Of a stretch of 50,523 nucleotides of DNA, positions 35,928 through 49,400 are shown piece after piece (position 1 is the stretch's first letter; each line of letters begins with the position of its first letter). The position numbers and the translations under genes are program-made. The stretch is taken from positions 620,001 through 670,523 of the forward strand of contig CAUYUJ010000092.1 in assembly GCA_963575745.1 (NCBI GenBank). Direction: 5' to 3'. The notes beneath the pieces are model-generated. The model worked only from the letters and a program-made list of their open reading frames with translations, had not been told where the DNA came from and did no database searches. Source of the stretch: Prorocentrum cordatum (Eukaryota).

Positions 35928-37698
35928 GATGAGCATGGAATGGGATGCATCGTGAAGGGGGTGACGAGAATAGACGGAGAACAGATGGGGAGAAGAAGGC
36001 ATGGGAGGGGGAATGGGAAGGGCCGGGGAGGGGGAGGCGGGGGGGAGGAGAGCAGCTGGGCATGAGCAGGGGAGGGGGTGCCCGCGCGCGATGCGGGAGA
36101 AAAAACAGGCGGACAGCGCTGCTTCGCTACGCGCCGCCCCAGCCGACCCCGACACGTTCCCTCCTCCTTCTGCCGCCCTCTGCTCCCCTCCTTTTCCCCT
36201 GCCTCTTCCTCTTCCACACCATCCTCCTCCACACCCCCCTCCCCTCCTGCCCCCCGTTCCCCCTCACCCCTTCACCTAACATTCACTCCGTCCCTTCCTC
36301 CTTGTCCGGATCAGTATTCGCAGCCAGCTATGAACAAAACGGATTCGCGGGGCGAAACGCGTCCACGGCATATCCGGGGGCAGCGGGTGGACAACAAAGC
36401 AGGGAGGAGCGGACGAGGGAGCGAGGAGAGAGAAGAGCAGTGAGAAGGAAGGGAGGGAAGGAGGAGAAGCACGGCACAGAAAGGAGACAAGGGGATACGG
36501 CGGAAAGCTCATCTCGAGACCGATGCCTGCGGCGAAGACTTCATGGAATACTCCTCCATTGCACCTCCAGCCATCTGCTTCGTGAAGCCTGAGATAAAGT
36601 AGCCCAGCACTGGGCAGGAGGGAGGGGGCAACGAGGATCAGCGGACGACGAGCAGGAGCATGGGGGATTTCTCGAAATAAGGCAGGGAGGATGGGGGGAT
36701 AGGACGATGATGACGACGGCGAGGACGAAGAAGGGCTACTGGACGACGGAGCACCAGGGGGAGGCGCATACGGAGGATCGAACGCAGAGGAGGAGGAGGA
36801 GGAGGAGGAGGAGGAGGAGGACGAGGAGGAGGAGGAGGAGGAGGAGGAAGATGAGGATGAGGATGAGGAGAGGAGGAGGAGGAGGAGGAGGAGGAGGAGG
36901 AGGAGGAGAGAAGGGGAGTAATTAGGAGGGGAGGAGGAAACAACCACGAATGAAGCGTCCGCAGTCCGCAGCGGGGCTACGGGCGCTCGGGCCGGGGACG
37001 GCAGCTCACAAGCAGTCGAGATCATCGTCGCCGTCGCGCACGACCGACTGCCAGAATCAGCCAGTCGCCGAGATAACGCCCGTGGAGGTTTGTGGGGCGG
37101 GCCAGGTCTGGCAGCTGACATCCGCCAGTGGGTGGGGCGCGCTCGCCGCCCGGAAGAAGCCAGAAGAGGGAGTGCTCGCCGCCAAAGCGCGGCAGTGCCA
37201 GGAGGAGGACGTGAAGGAGGAGGAGGAGTAGGAGGAGGAGGAGTAGGAGGAGGAGGAAGAGGAGGCGAGGGAGTGTGAAGGTAGTGGGAGTGGGAGGAGG
37301 TGGAAGTGGTAGGGAGGAGAAGGATGGAGCGATGGAGATAGAGGGGGGCGTAGACATGGCATGAAGGAGCCTCCTCCTCCTCCTCCTCCTCCTCATCCTC
37401 CTCCTCCTCCTCCTCCTCCTCCTCCTCCTCCTCCCCCTCCTGGGGCGAATGAAGGGCTGTGCTCCCACAGACTCGGTGCTGACGCACGTCTGCTGCCGCG
37501 CTGCCCCGCGCCGCGTGCCCGCCCCTTGGACGCGCCGCGCCCCTCTCGAGGCGCTGCCCGCGGTGCGGGGCCTCTCGGTCGTCCGCGGCGCACGGGGCGG
37601 CCGCGCCGCCGCCTCTCGCTCTCCGCCGCTGGCGTGCGCCCGTCTCTCCGTGCCGCGCCGCGCCGTTGACCCGTGCCCCCCCTCGGGCGCGCCGCCAC

Positions 37699-37775
<77 letters not shown>

Positions 37776-38038
37776 GCTGATGATGATGGTGGCGGCGGTG
37801 CTGATGATGAAGCTGATGATGGGGTGCATGATGGAGCTGATGATGATGATGGTGACGGTGATGATCAGACCCCCTCTGGCCGAAGTAGGGGGCCTCTGTC
37901 GGGGGCGCGCAACACACGGATTAGCGATCCATGGACTTGGCGCGCGGTCGCCAAACCCATGGATCGGGGGAGGTGCCCTCCCCCCAAATGCGGCCCGTGC
38001 CGCCGCGCTCGGCGGCGGCAATGCGCGATTTCCTATGG

Positions 38039-38091
38039 AGAGGGGACCGGTCGCTGATCCACGCCTCCCTGGATCCATGTTTGTTTGCTTT

Positions 38092-38122
<31 letters not shown>

Positions 38123-38221
38123 CGCACATATGTATTGCGATACAGGCGATCGTAAAACAAAAACGTGGATCCAGGCGATCGCAAACATGGATCCAGGCGA
38201 TCGCAAACATGGATCCCCTCT
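38039..38221. repeat. Fold-back-like element around (TA)n with 22-bp subrepeats
   Basis: AGAGGGGA...TCCCCTCT ends; GGATCCATGTTTG / CAAACATGGATCC inverted; GGATCCAGGCGATCGCAAACAT in tandem. Confidence 0.55.
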
Positions 38222-39904
38222 TGACCTCTTGACCCGTGCCTGCGATCGCCGGGCTCTGGCCGCCCGCAGCCGCTCCCCGTCGGGCTGCCGCGTGCCCTGC
38301 GCCGTCGGCCGCTGCCCCTCGGCCGGCGGTGCGGGCGCGGCCCCGCGCGCTCCCCTCCGCGACGTGCGCGGCCGCGGCCCCTCCTCGGTGGCGTGGCGCC
38401 TCCGCGGCTGCCGCCCCCTCGGCAGCTGCCCCGCGCCTCGGCCGCCTCGTGCGCCGCCGGGCCTCCGCGGCGGCCTCCGCGGCGCCCGCTGGCCCGCAGG
38501 AGGCGCCCCGCGCCCGCCAGGGCTCGCGCCCCCGGGCGCGCCCGCAGCGGGCACCGCAAAAGTTCCCGCAGAGGGCCTCGCGGTCTGCCCCCGAGGAGAG
38601 GGGGGGATGGAGGTGGAGGGGGGAGGGGAGCTGCAGAGGGAGGGGAGAGGGGTGGAGGGGACATGGACTGAGATGGAAGGGGGGGGGATGGGTATGGAGT
38701 GCAAGGAACAAGACGAACGGAGGGACGGGGAGGCGGACGAGGCGAGGAGCGTGGAGGTGTCGGGGTGGGGGAAAGAAGGGGCTCCGCAGCGGAGCAGGTG
38801 CGGTTCCTCCGCGGAGGCTCCCCGAATGACAATGTTGGGAGGCCACATCCGATAAGGAACGGCTCGCCGTGCACGTGGCGCGGCACGCATCGCAGTCCTG
38901 GACACACCAGAATATCCGTGATGTTGTGGAATGCCAACTTTGGTCGTACCCATGACCGCAAGGTAGCAGGTGAGGGAGGAGAAGGAGGATGGGGGAGGAA
39001 GAGGAGGAGCAAGACGGGGAAATACGCCCCAGATGTTCACCGCCCCGGGTGAGGTCAGGCAGCCTTATGTTTTCGTCTGGATGTTCAGATTATCTCCGTC
39101 TCTCTCTCTCTCTATATCTCTCTGTCCCTCTCGCTCACTCTATCTTCTTCTCTCTTCGTGCATGTATCATTCGTACAGCCTCGTGCTCCAGTCGATGTCG
39201 GAATAATAAAAGAGGAACAGGTGGAGGCACGGGTCGCAGAAAGGAGCTAGACGTGACTTAGCCGAGCCATCCGGCGAGGGTTTGGAAAGTTCAGCTTATC
39301 AAGCAAATTGTGACGCAAGGGAGTCATAGCGAAGAGTCGAGAAGCGAAGACAGCGCGCCAGAGCATACGGCAACGTTCAGGGCGGCAGGGACTGACGACA
39401 TGGGACAGATAATCAACGAGATGGAGAGAGAGAGAGAGAGAGAAATACAGAGGCACTCACATATGAACTTGCTGAGAAACAGACATAGAGAGAAATAGAG
39501 GGATAGGGAGATAACGATATCCACTATAAAACACATCCATACAGTATATGTTTGTGAGAATTTACAAGCACACGTATGTACGTGTACGAACCAGTGTACA
39601 CACACGTGGCGCAGAGAGAAAGCGAGAGTGAGGCACATCAACGTATATACATATACACCACATAAATAATAATACCATGCGCACGAAGGATACATCCGCC
39701 GGCCCCCTTGTGGGGCCACCATGCTGTAGGACAAGGGTTTGCTGTTCCCTGCGCCAGTTCCAGTTTCCAATTTCCACTGTGACAGCTCTGCTTTATGCTG
39801 CCTACTGTTCCTTGTTGTCGACCACGCGAGGCGGGGGGAGCCGAAAAGCATCCTGGTTAGCACCTCCCAGGAAGGGTATCAGAATTTCTGGGGGGGTAGA
39901 AATT

Positions 39905-40550
39905 GACACCGCTCACGCAGATCGGCGGGGTCAGGGTCCGAAAACACATGGGATTTACTATATTTCTGGAATTCGGTGGCACCCCTCACGCAGATCGGCG
40001 GGGTCAGGGTCGAAAACCCAATGGAATTTGCTACATTTTGAAATTTGGCGACACCCATCACGCAGATCGGCGGGGTCAGAATCCAAAAACCCATGGGATT
40101 TGCCACATTTCTGAAATTCGGTGGCATCCCTCACGCAGATCGGCGGGGTCAGGGTCGAAACAGCAATGGCATTTGCCATATTTCTGAAATCCGGCGGCAC
40201 CCCTCACGCAGATCGGCGGGGTGAGGGTCAAAAAACCAATGCGATTTGCCACATTTTGACATTCGGCGGCACCCATCATGCAGATCTGCGGGGTCAGGGT
40301 CGAAAAACAAATGCGATTTGCTACATTTCGGAAATTCGGCGGCACCCCTCACGCAGCTCGGCAGAGTCAGGGTCGAAAAACCAATGGGATTTGCTACATT
40401 TCTGAAATTCGGTGGCACCCCTCACGCAGATCGGCGGGGTCAGGGTCGAAAAACCAATTGGATTTGTCACATGTCTGAAATTCGGCGGCACTCCTCACGC
40501 AGATCGGTGGGGTCAGGTCCAGGGTCAAAAAACCAATGGGATTTGCAACT
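39905..40550 (+). repeat. 72-73 bp tandem satellite, 9 copies
   Basis: Unit CACCCCTCACGCAGATCGGCGGGGTCAGGGTCGAAAAACCAATGGGATTTGCTACATTTCTGAAATTCGGTGG. Confidence 0.95.
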
Positions 40551-40774
40551 TTACTTCGTATAAAAGCTTGTTGCACAGCATACGCGAGCAAGCTCGAAAA
40601 ACACCACCGAATTCAACAAAACCATCAGGATCTCAACTTGTCTTGCCGATTACTCATCGTCTTCGCGTGAAGTGCCGACGCTGCTTCACGGCTGCGCCAA
40701 GGCCTCATGATTTCGCTCCTGCATTGCCCATTATCTGAGAGAGGGGGCCGGCGGCAGGGGGCGAACCCCTTACG

Positions 40775-40935
40775 GATACATACATATACATATATATATA
40801 TATATATTATATATAATATATATATAATATATATATTTTATATATATGCATATATATATATATACATATATATATATATGTATGTATACATACACATATC
40901 TATGAACAATAAGAGAAAGAGAGAGAGAGAGAGAC
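40775..40935. repeat. (TA)n and (GA)n microsatellites
   Basis: Direct reading. Confidence 0.95.
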
Positions 40936-41362
40936 GGAGGGAAACATACCCATACATGTGTACGCATGCCATTGCTATTCTTCCGTTATGTGGACAGAGA
41001 GAACGATACCTATACGTAGATGAGTGTAGCAATATACGTATACATGTATATTTGCACACATTACTGTTCCCGATGACGTGCACCCGTGTGGTCAATGCTG
41101 GTCAACACCTGCTGTCTGTTTGGACCCACCACTGCTGGCGAGCGGTGGAGGGGGCGCAACAGTGCCACCCATCCCAATTTGAATCCTCCGACGGTGATAT
41201 GTTAGCACCATGCGGTGCCGAGTCTCCCGAAGGTGAGACGCGCCGCATTTTCGTATCATAAGAACTACGATGCACAAGGTCCCGTCCCCCCCCCTCCCGC
41301 CCCCTTCTCTACCCCGCCTCCCGCCCCCTCTCCCCTCCCACCCCTCCCCCTCCCCTGCGCTC

Positions 41363-41450
41363 CTATGGCCACGACGACTCCCCCGAGGATCTGGCCGGTG
41401 GTAATCTGCACCTTCACCTCCAGCTCGTCCTCGCCGTCCGCGCTCTTGAC
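41363..41450 (-). CDS. Probable internal exon of an unidentified, possibly membrane, protein
   Basis: AG|GTCAAG...GCCATAG|GA junctions; strong third-position GC bias; VKSADGEDELEVKVQITTGQILGGVVVAI. Confidence 0.4.
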
Positions 41451-41773
41451 CTTCCATGGCGGACGCGGCGGGGAGGACACGATCCGCCGCCGCGCCGCAG
41501 GTGAATGTGATGCTTCGAGGTCTCCGGAGCAGCCAACATTGACAAGCACAACTGCACTTGAAAAGCCCCAGAACTAGATAGAAGTCAAACAACCCACCCC
41601 CATAATAACCACCCCGACACGCGAAGTCGTTGAGCAAACGCTCCCAAATAATGAATCGAACATGGCAGGGCTGTTAATAGACGCCCAGGGCCGTTAGTAA
41701 ACGCCAGTTGTCTGATCCGGGTGGTTCTTCCTCCCTTGACTCGAGGAACAACAGACTGAAGAAACACAACTAA

Positions 41774-41964
41774 GTTGCCCCGATGCGCAACACGCAACAC
41801 GTAGCGTATCGATACGGAGCTCAACACGTAGGCTGAAAACGTGGGTCCGACGCGATACATTCGCCAAAAAGTGGCCCGATACGTGGAGCCAACACGCAAC
41901 GTATTGCCACGGACGTCTTGAACACGGGACGTATTGCGTTTCAAAGCGGGCGTATCGAGGCAAC
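41774..41964. mobile_element. 191-bp MITE with TAA target duplication (PIF/Harbinger-type)
   Basis: TAA+GTTGCCCCGATGCGC ... GCGTATCGAGGCAAC+TAA. Confidence 0.8.
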
Positions 41965-42564
41965 TAAGAGCACAAACAGTCGGGGGTCCGCGAGGGCTTC
42001 TTGGATCGGCGGGGGGCCCCCCTCTCCCTGGCGCCAGGAGCGCACCGGGGACGGCGCCAGAGACGCAACCATGGGGGGGGGGGGGGGGGGCAGCGCCAGC
42101 GCAAGACATCCGCGCGGAGCTCCGACACGTTCTGCGCGTGCCGCTCCTCTGCCTCCCGAGGGGATAGCGGCTCCAGGACTCCTGGGGGTGTGCCGCGCGA
42201 CGCGCCCCCCAGGCGAGGCCTCGGGAGCGCGGTTGGAGGCCCACGCTGCCCGCGTGCCCTGCGACAGGCCTCGGAACAAATTAGCGAACACATGCCACAT
42301 TCATCCGTCAACGCCTCCCCTTCCCCCCAATGTTCAAAGTTGGCGGTGGGTCTGATGAGATGCACTTCGACCGCAGTCTCCCCCGCGCGTGCCAACATTG
42401 ATTTTGGGGTGGAGGGGGAGTGTTCAGTAATTGTTTCCCTCTACCAGATGGCCCCCGAGGACACCGTCCTGGGGCTGCCGTGGGCCTCTTGGGGCTGTCT
42501 CTGAGGCCCCTGCCCCCGCCTGCGCCTCCGGGTCGCCCGCCTCCGCTTCGGCCTCGGCCTCCGC

Positions 42565-43437
42565 TCCTTTCCTCCTCCTCCTCCTCCTCCTCCATCCTCC
42601 TGCTTTCCTCCTCCTCCTCCTCCTCCTCCTCTCTCTCCTCTCTCCTCCTCCTCCTCTCTCCTCCTCCTCCTCCTCCTCCTCCTCCTCCCTCCTCCTCCTC
42701 CTCCTCCTCCTCCCCTCCTCCTCCTCCTCCTCCTCCTCTCCTCCTCCTCCTCCTCCTCCTCCTCCTCCTCCTCCTCCTCCTCCTCCTCCTCCTCCTCCTC
42801 CCTCCTCCTCCTCTCTCCTCTCTCCTCTCGCCTCTCTCCTCTCTCCTCTCTCCTCTCTCCTCTCTCCTCTCTCTCTCTCCTTTCTCCTCTCTCCTCTCTC
42901 CTTCTCTCGCTCTCTCCTGCTCCTCCGTCCTCCTCCCTCCTCCTCCTCCTCCTCCTCCTCCTCCTCCTCCTCCTCATGCCTCCTCCTCCTCCTCCTCCTC
43001 CTCCTCCTCCTCCTCCTCTTTCTCCTCCTCCTCCTCCTCCTCCTCCTCCTCCTCCTCCTCCTCCTCCTCCTCCTCCGTCTCTCCTCCTCCTCTCTCCTCC
43101 TCCTCTCTCTTCTCTCCTCTCCTCCTCCTCCTCCTCCTCCTCCTCCTCCTCTCCTCTCTCTCTCCTCTCTCCTCCTCCTCTCTCTCTTCTCCTCTCTCCT
43201 CCTCTCCTCTCTCCTCTCTCCTCTCTCCCTCTCTCCTCGTCTCCTCTCTCCATCTCTCCTCTCTCCTCTCTCCTCTTCTCCTCTCCCTCTCTCCTCTCCT
43301 CTCTCCTTTCCCCTCTCTCCTCTCTCCTCTCTCCTCTCTCCTCCCTCCTCCTCCTCCCTCCTCCCTCCTCCTCTCCCTCCTCCTCCTCCCTCCTCCTCCT
43401 CCCTCCTCCCTCCTCCTCCTCCTCCTCCTCCTCCTCC
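42565..43437 (+). repeat. ~870-bp polypyrimidine (CCT)n/(CT)n tract
   Basis: Direct reading; abuts the SL. Confidence 0.95.
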
Positions 43438-43459
43438 TCCGTAGCCACTTTGGCTCAAG
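43438..43459 (+). other. Full-length dinoflagellate spliced leader at the 5' end of a LINE
   Basis: TCCGTAGCCACTTTGGCTCAAG, 21/22 match to DinoSL, immediately followed by ATG. Confidence 0.95.
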
Positions 43460-46400
43460 ATGCCTAGTTCCGCAGGGGAGCAAGTGGATACCGCTAGTCC
43501 GCGGCCAGTGCCAGGGCTCTCTAGCCCGACAGTTTTGTTCAACGCTCCGTGTGCCTCCTGCTGCCCGCAGGTGAGCTTTCTCTGTTCCTCAGCTCGTCCA
43601 TGGCGCCTCCGCAGCAGCGCAGCGGCTACGTCAAGTGCTACTCCTGCTCGTACGCCTGGAACTGGAAGACCAAGCAGACGTGCTACTGGTGTGGCAAAGC
43701 TTTGGCGCCGTGGACAGATGCCCCGCCTCCGGTGCAAGGTGCTTGGGCGGCCCGTGTCTCAGCCGCAGCCCAGGCCGAGGCCAAGTGCACCCAGCAGTCC
43801 AGCCCCGAGGGAGGTTGGGAGCCGTGGTCATCATGGCCCAAGTCCCGCCGCCGCCGTGGCAAGGGCAACGACAAGGACCAAGACGACGACTGGTGGGCCA
43901 GCAAGAACGACACCCCCAAGGCTCGCCCCGCCGAGGACATCTTGGCGGAGCTCCAGGCGATCGCCCCCCACATCGACAAGGCAGCCATTGACGGCATCAG
44001 GTCGCAGATTCCGCCGCCCCGGCCGCAGAAGCCAGCCGACCTCAACGACATCTACAGCCGCGCCCAGGCTACGGAGCGCCGCTGCAAGAACAACCTGGAG
44101 AGGCTGCTGGAGAGCGAGCAGAAGGCGCTCAGCTGGTACACAGAGCGCAAGCAGGCGTCGGAGGAGGCCGCCTACAAGTTGGCTGAAGCCCAGGCGGAGG
44201 CCCAAGCGGCTCTCGACGCACTCCCAGCCGCCCGCAAGGGCGGCACAGCTACTTCAACGCCGTCGCAGCAGAACCCGACCTTCAACCTCACCAGCCTCCT
44301 CGAGGACGGCGACATCTCCATCGAAGCGGGTGCAGCGTTCGATCTCCAAGGCCTCGACATCGACGACAGCGACCGCCAGGCATGGGAATCCCTGCAACAG
44401 CGCTTTGCCACGGAGCTCAAGGCCAAGGTCACTGAGCTCTTCGGCAACACCGCCAGCCGCATCAGCCAGCTCCGAGCAGAGGCCAGCACCATGCGCACGC
44501 GCTTCGCCTCCAAGCGGCAGCGCGCTGACGAGGATGGGCACGCCAGAGAGGGAGGTGGATCACCGCCCGCCGCCTCGGCTGCAGCAGGCGAACCCCCAGC
44601 GGCAGCCGCAGCGGATGCTGAGGGCACTGCGCCCTCTCCGCCAGCGGCGCCAAGCGATGAGCCTCCCGCACCTGCTGCTGGCGCTTCTTCTGACGGCGGC
44701 TACGCCACACAGCCTGTGCCTGCACTCAACAAGGACCCCGACCTCGAAGACAAGGCACAGAAGATGCTCAGCCAGATGCGCAAGCCCACTGCTGCCGCCG
44801 CCGCTGGACCGCAGCAGCCTCTTTAGCCGACTACAACCCGACCCTGGGCGGAATGGTGAGACGGGACGCCTACCGTCAGAGACCACGATCTACGACAACC
44901 CACCGATCATCAATACAATGGACGCAGTCCTCGACCCGTTCGACGAGCTGGCCGAGTTGGACGCCCACATCGATTTCGCAGTTTCCGAGCAGTGCGCTAC
45001 CGCCCCGCCCGAGACGCTGTCCTCGGTAGGGGGCGATGAGGCGGCGCAGACCGTCGACCCCGTGGTATGGGACCCAGGGCAGCCGCAGCGTGCTACGCGG
45101 TCCGACCCTGATGCCGCTCCGCCCGAGACGCTGTCCTCGGTAGGGAGCGATGAGACGGCACAAGCTGTCGACGTGCATGTGGTACAGGAACCAGGGGAGC
45201 CTTCGCCAAAGGCAAACCCTGATGCCGCCCCGCCCAAGACGCAGTCCTTGGTAGGGGGTGATGAGATGGCGAAAGCTGTCGACACGCCCGCAGGGAAAGG
45301 GCCATGGAAGCCCAGCAGCCCGAGAGCCGACCCTAGTCCCGCCTACCAAGACGAAGGCCATACGAAGCCCCCGCTGTCAGACCATTCCCTGTTCTTCTCC
45401 AACATTACTCAATGGGGACCACAGTCGGAGAAATGGTTGGCAGGACCAGGCAAGCAATATCAGATGGTAGCATTAGTTGAAACACACATCTCGCCTGGAA
45501 AAGCGCCGCCCCTCTACGACAAGCTAGCAGCGGATGGTTGGAGAATATCATCGACTACGGCCACTCCTACCAATAGATCAGACGGCGGCAACACGGGTGG
45601 CGAGATCATCTTATCCAGGTACCATGTCCAGGCCACCACGTTCAACCACCTCCGTGACCTTGCCATCTCCCAGCGTAGGCCTGACCCGTTCCTCGGCTTC
45701 ACGCCCATGGTATGGCACAGACGTTCTGGCAACTTGGTTGTTATTGCCGCGTATCTGGAACCCCACAGGCAGATCGAGGGTGCAGTACACGATAAGCTAC
45801 TTTCGCTGGGAGCGTTCGTTACTATGCTCACAGACCCTTGGAACATCCTGGCCGATTGGAACATGACACCTGAGCAGCTTGCAGCGACAGAGTGGCTCGC
45901 CAAATGGAATGCTACCATCGTGCGAGCACCTGGATCCGCCACTTGCGACAAGGGCCAGGGACTCACGATTGATTTCGCATTGGTCAAGACTGGCATCGAG
46001 CACACGATCTCCATTCGCCAGTGCCCCACAGTACCCTGGGCCACCCACGTTGGCCTTGAAGTTCGAGCAGGCAGTGCAGACCCCTGGTGGTATCAGTCGA
46101 TCGATGCCCCCAAGTCCTTCCCCATAGTGGACAGACCCAGGATTCCGCCAGACCCCAACAGCAAGACCGCCATCAAGAAACGTAAAACAGCTGAAGCTCG
46201 AGCAGCACGTCTCCGTGATCTACCTCCTGAACTCCAACAAGCAGCAGCACAGCTTCAGCCACAAGACGAGCCCGCAGCACAGGAACCTATCCCCTATGCC
46301 ATCCCGATGGACTTGTGGGAAAAACAATGGCAGGAAGCGGTACCCACACGTTGTAAGCAGCCACACGCGCACTTCGTGTGCAGACACTGGGTGCACGACG

Positions 46401-49400
46401 CCGACGTCCTCAACCTCAAGTACGCCAAATGGGTCACGGCGCTCGAGAACACCATGATCAGCCACCACCAGATTGACCCGAAGGAAGCTGCAGCATACAC
46501 TGGCCGAGCTCAGGGCTACCAGTTATCTTGGAAGAAGACAGCTGCTGCCCCAGGCCGCGTACGCGTACGCGACCCACATTCGGAATGGTGGGCAATTACG
46601 CTCACCCTCATCAAGCGCTACGCCGCGCTTCACGACAAGCCCAAGCACACAGCGCTTATGCAGCAGCAGGCCACCATCATCCAGCAGCGCGCGGACCACT
46701 TCAACACTCACATGCACGACCTTCAGTTCGAGAAGGATGAGGACACCATCTTCCGCTGGTTTGCGCTCGTCTGGGCCCCGCACCTGGACAAGGATGACAC
46801 CGACGACTTGGTCACCATTACCGCTACCTGGGCCTCCAGAGCCCTCCCGGCCGCCCTCGCCAAGTCCAAGAGGGCCTACGGGGCTTGGCTCGCCCAGCAA
46901 TGGAAGCACCGCCCTGGAGTACTACACGCCCATGTCAAGCCAGCACCCGCACGTCACATCGAGGCCTACGCGGCCAACCTGACCATCGCTGACCCCACCG
47001 TCATCATGGACAACAAGAAGCAACAATGGCAGCAAGTATGGCAAGCCACCGAGACCTCCGACGACATCCTCCAGGCCCTGTCAAAGGCCAAGGCAGCAGC
47101 TGCTCATCAACCGCTCGAGCCCATCACAGCCGAGACCGTACACCGCATTCACGGCCGCATGCCACCCAGTAAAGCACGCGGAGTTGACGCCCTAGGACCT
47201 CGCGACCTCCATCGATTACCAGAACCAGCAGTCGAAGCTTATGCAGATATCCTCAACTCAGTGGAGCAAGCAGGCATCTGGCCACTACAAATTTCAGGCA
47301 CCATTGCAGCTCTCGCCGCCAAGAAGTCTGGAGGCGACAGGGTCCTCGGCATGCTCCCTCATATGGCCAGACTCTGGTCTCGCATTAGATCTACCGCATC
47401 GGCAGCCTGGACGCAAGGTCTGGACGACTTTTGGACTACAGCCATCAAAGGCCCTTCAGCTCTCCAAGCCGCCCTACATAGGGCCTTGTTAGACGAGACA
47501 GCCTCAGCACTTGGCATACAGTCGGCCACCTTGCTATTAGACATCCAGAAGTTCTACGACAATATCAAGCTCGCCAACCTCATCATGGTCGGCCTCAACT
47601 GCGGCTTTCCTCCCATCATTCTATTATTGGAGGTGCAGCTATACCTGGCGCCCAGATTCTTGCGCAGTCGGCAATGGGTGAGTATGCCTATCTTCGCCTC
47701 CAAAGGCATCATTGCAGGCTCCCCTCACGGCACCACCCTGGCACGACTTATCTTGCTACCAATTCTTCGACAAGCCCGAGCTCAGGCAGAGCTTGCCCAG
47801 ATGTGGACCTTCGTCGACGACGCTGTTCTTCGAGTCGAAGGAGTCCTACGTGCTTTACAGAAGCACCTCCCCCGTGCCGCCAGGACGCTCTGCGACGGAT
47901 TAAAGGAGTTCGAGCTGCCTATCTCAGACAAGACCGTCCTCATTGGCTCCACTCCCAAGGTCCGCCACTCGCTAGCCAAGAAGATGCGACAGTACGACAT
48001 CCCAGTTACTGCGATCTCCACGGCCGTCGACCTTGGAGTTGACGCGGCCGCGGCTACTCGACGTGTACAAGCCAAAGCCAGGAAGCGACAGATCTCAGCC
48101 ACAGCCAGGTTTCGCAAGATACACCGACTACGGAGCACTGCACAGCAGGCCCGAATCTCAGCTGGACTGTGGCGCACTGGTGCTCTCCCAGAAGGAGTAT
48201 TCGGTCATCAGGTTCGCGGCCTCGCTCGGCACGCTCTACTACGCTGGCGGCGTCAGGCCGCCATTGCAGCCACGGGCGCTGCCGCAGGCCGATGCCTCAC
48301 CTCCCTCCTCGGCGCCACTTTTGACGGCATGGACCCAGGAGTTGCCCTAAGGATCGAGCTCATCGAGGCTTGGCTTCAGCACTGGATACGCCACCCGAGC
48401 ACGCACGCCAGGATCATCAGAGCCTGGCCAAGGATCAAGACCACCTTGCTCGCCGCTGGCCCCAAGCTGTGGTGTAAGGTCAAGGGCCCCACAGGCGCGG
48501 CCATCGCGACCCTGCTGGAGGCTAGTTGGGAGCCGACCTCAGCTACCAAGTGGAGGCGTACGAAGGGCGGCTACATCGAGGAGTGGAACCTCCCCCCTGC
48601 CGACGACCCCGACCTCCTCGACGCCGACATTCACACAGTATTGCAGGACCTCAGCGAGGATTTACACAGGCTCCTCTGGACGCAGGCCGCTACGCATGCC
48701 CATGGAGACACGCTGGCTGGAGGCGCAGACATGGTCACTATCCGCATTGAACAAAGGAGGTTCCTCGCAAACGGCGACTTCAGCGACTGGGCCCTCAACA
48801 ACGCCATCATCAGCGGAGGACAATGGACCAGAGACCGCCTCCACAACGCCGGCTACCAGATCGACAGGAACTGCGACCGCTGCAGCGCTGGAGTTCCTGA
48901 AACCTGGTTTCACCGAATGTGGCAGCGCGAGGCGAACATTGGACCCGAGTTTGAGGCCAGCGACAAGCTACTGCCGCGAGCCTTGGCGGGGGCCGACGCC
49001 GACCCCGCCTTGCGGCTCCGTGGCATTCCCTCTGTTGCTCTCACTACGCCCACGCTCGAGCCATTGACTGGGAGGGACGGGTGGGGGTTTGTTGGTGCGG
49101 TGCGGGAGGGTTTGCCGTCCTGGGAAGGTGCTCGTAACGCAGAGGGTGAATTGTTTCTTTTTGGTGACGGGTCTGGCGGTGCCTTTTCTGACGACGTCAG
49201 GCGACGTCGCGTCGGATCTGGCCTCGCGGCCCTCCGTTGGAACCCTCCCTCGGCCTCCTGGACCCTCCACGCGGGCCTCCTTGCCCCCCTCCCAGGCCCC
49301 CGCCAGACCGTCCCAAGAGGAGAATTATATGCGTTTTGCCTGGCACTCGAGACGTGCCATCAGGATTTCACGTTTGTTACCGATCACCTAGCCTTGCAGC

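Noticed and set aside
35300..39860. Several GC-rich islands between microsatellites as exons
   Set aside because: Plausible, but frame and product could not be fixed without transcripts.
43567..43592. GCAG|GTGAGC...CTCAG as a cis-intron
   Set aside because: Only 22 nt between donor and acceptor; retained only as a possible trans-splice acceptor.
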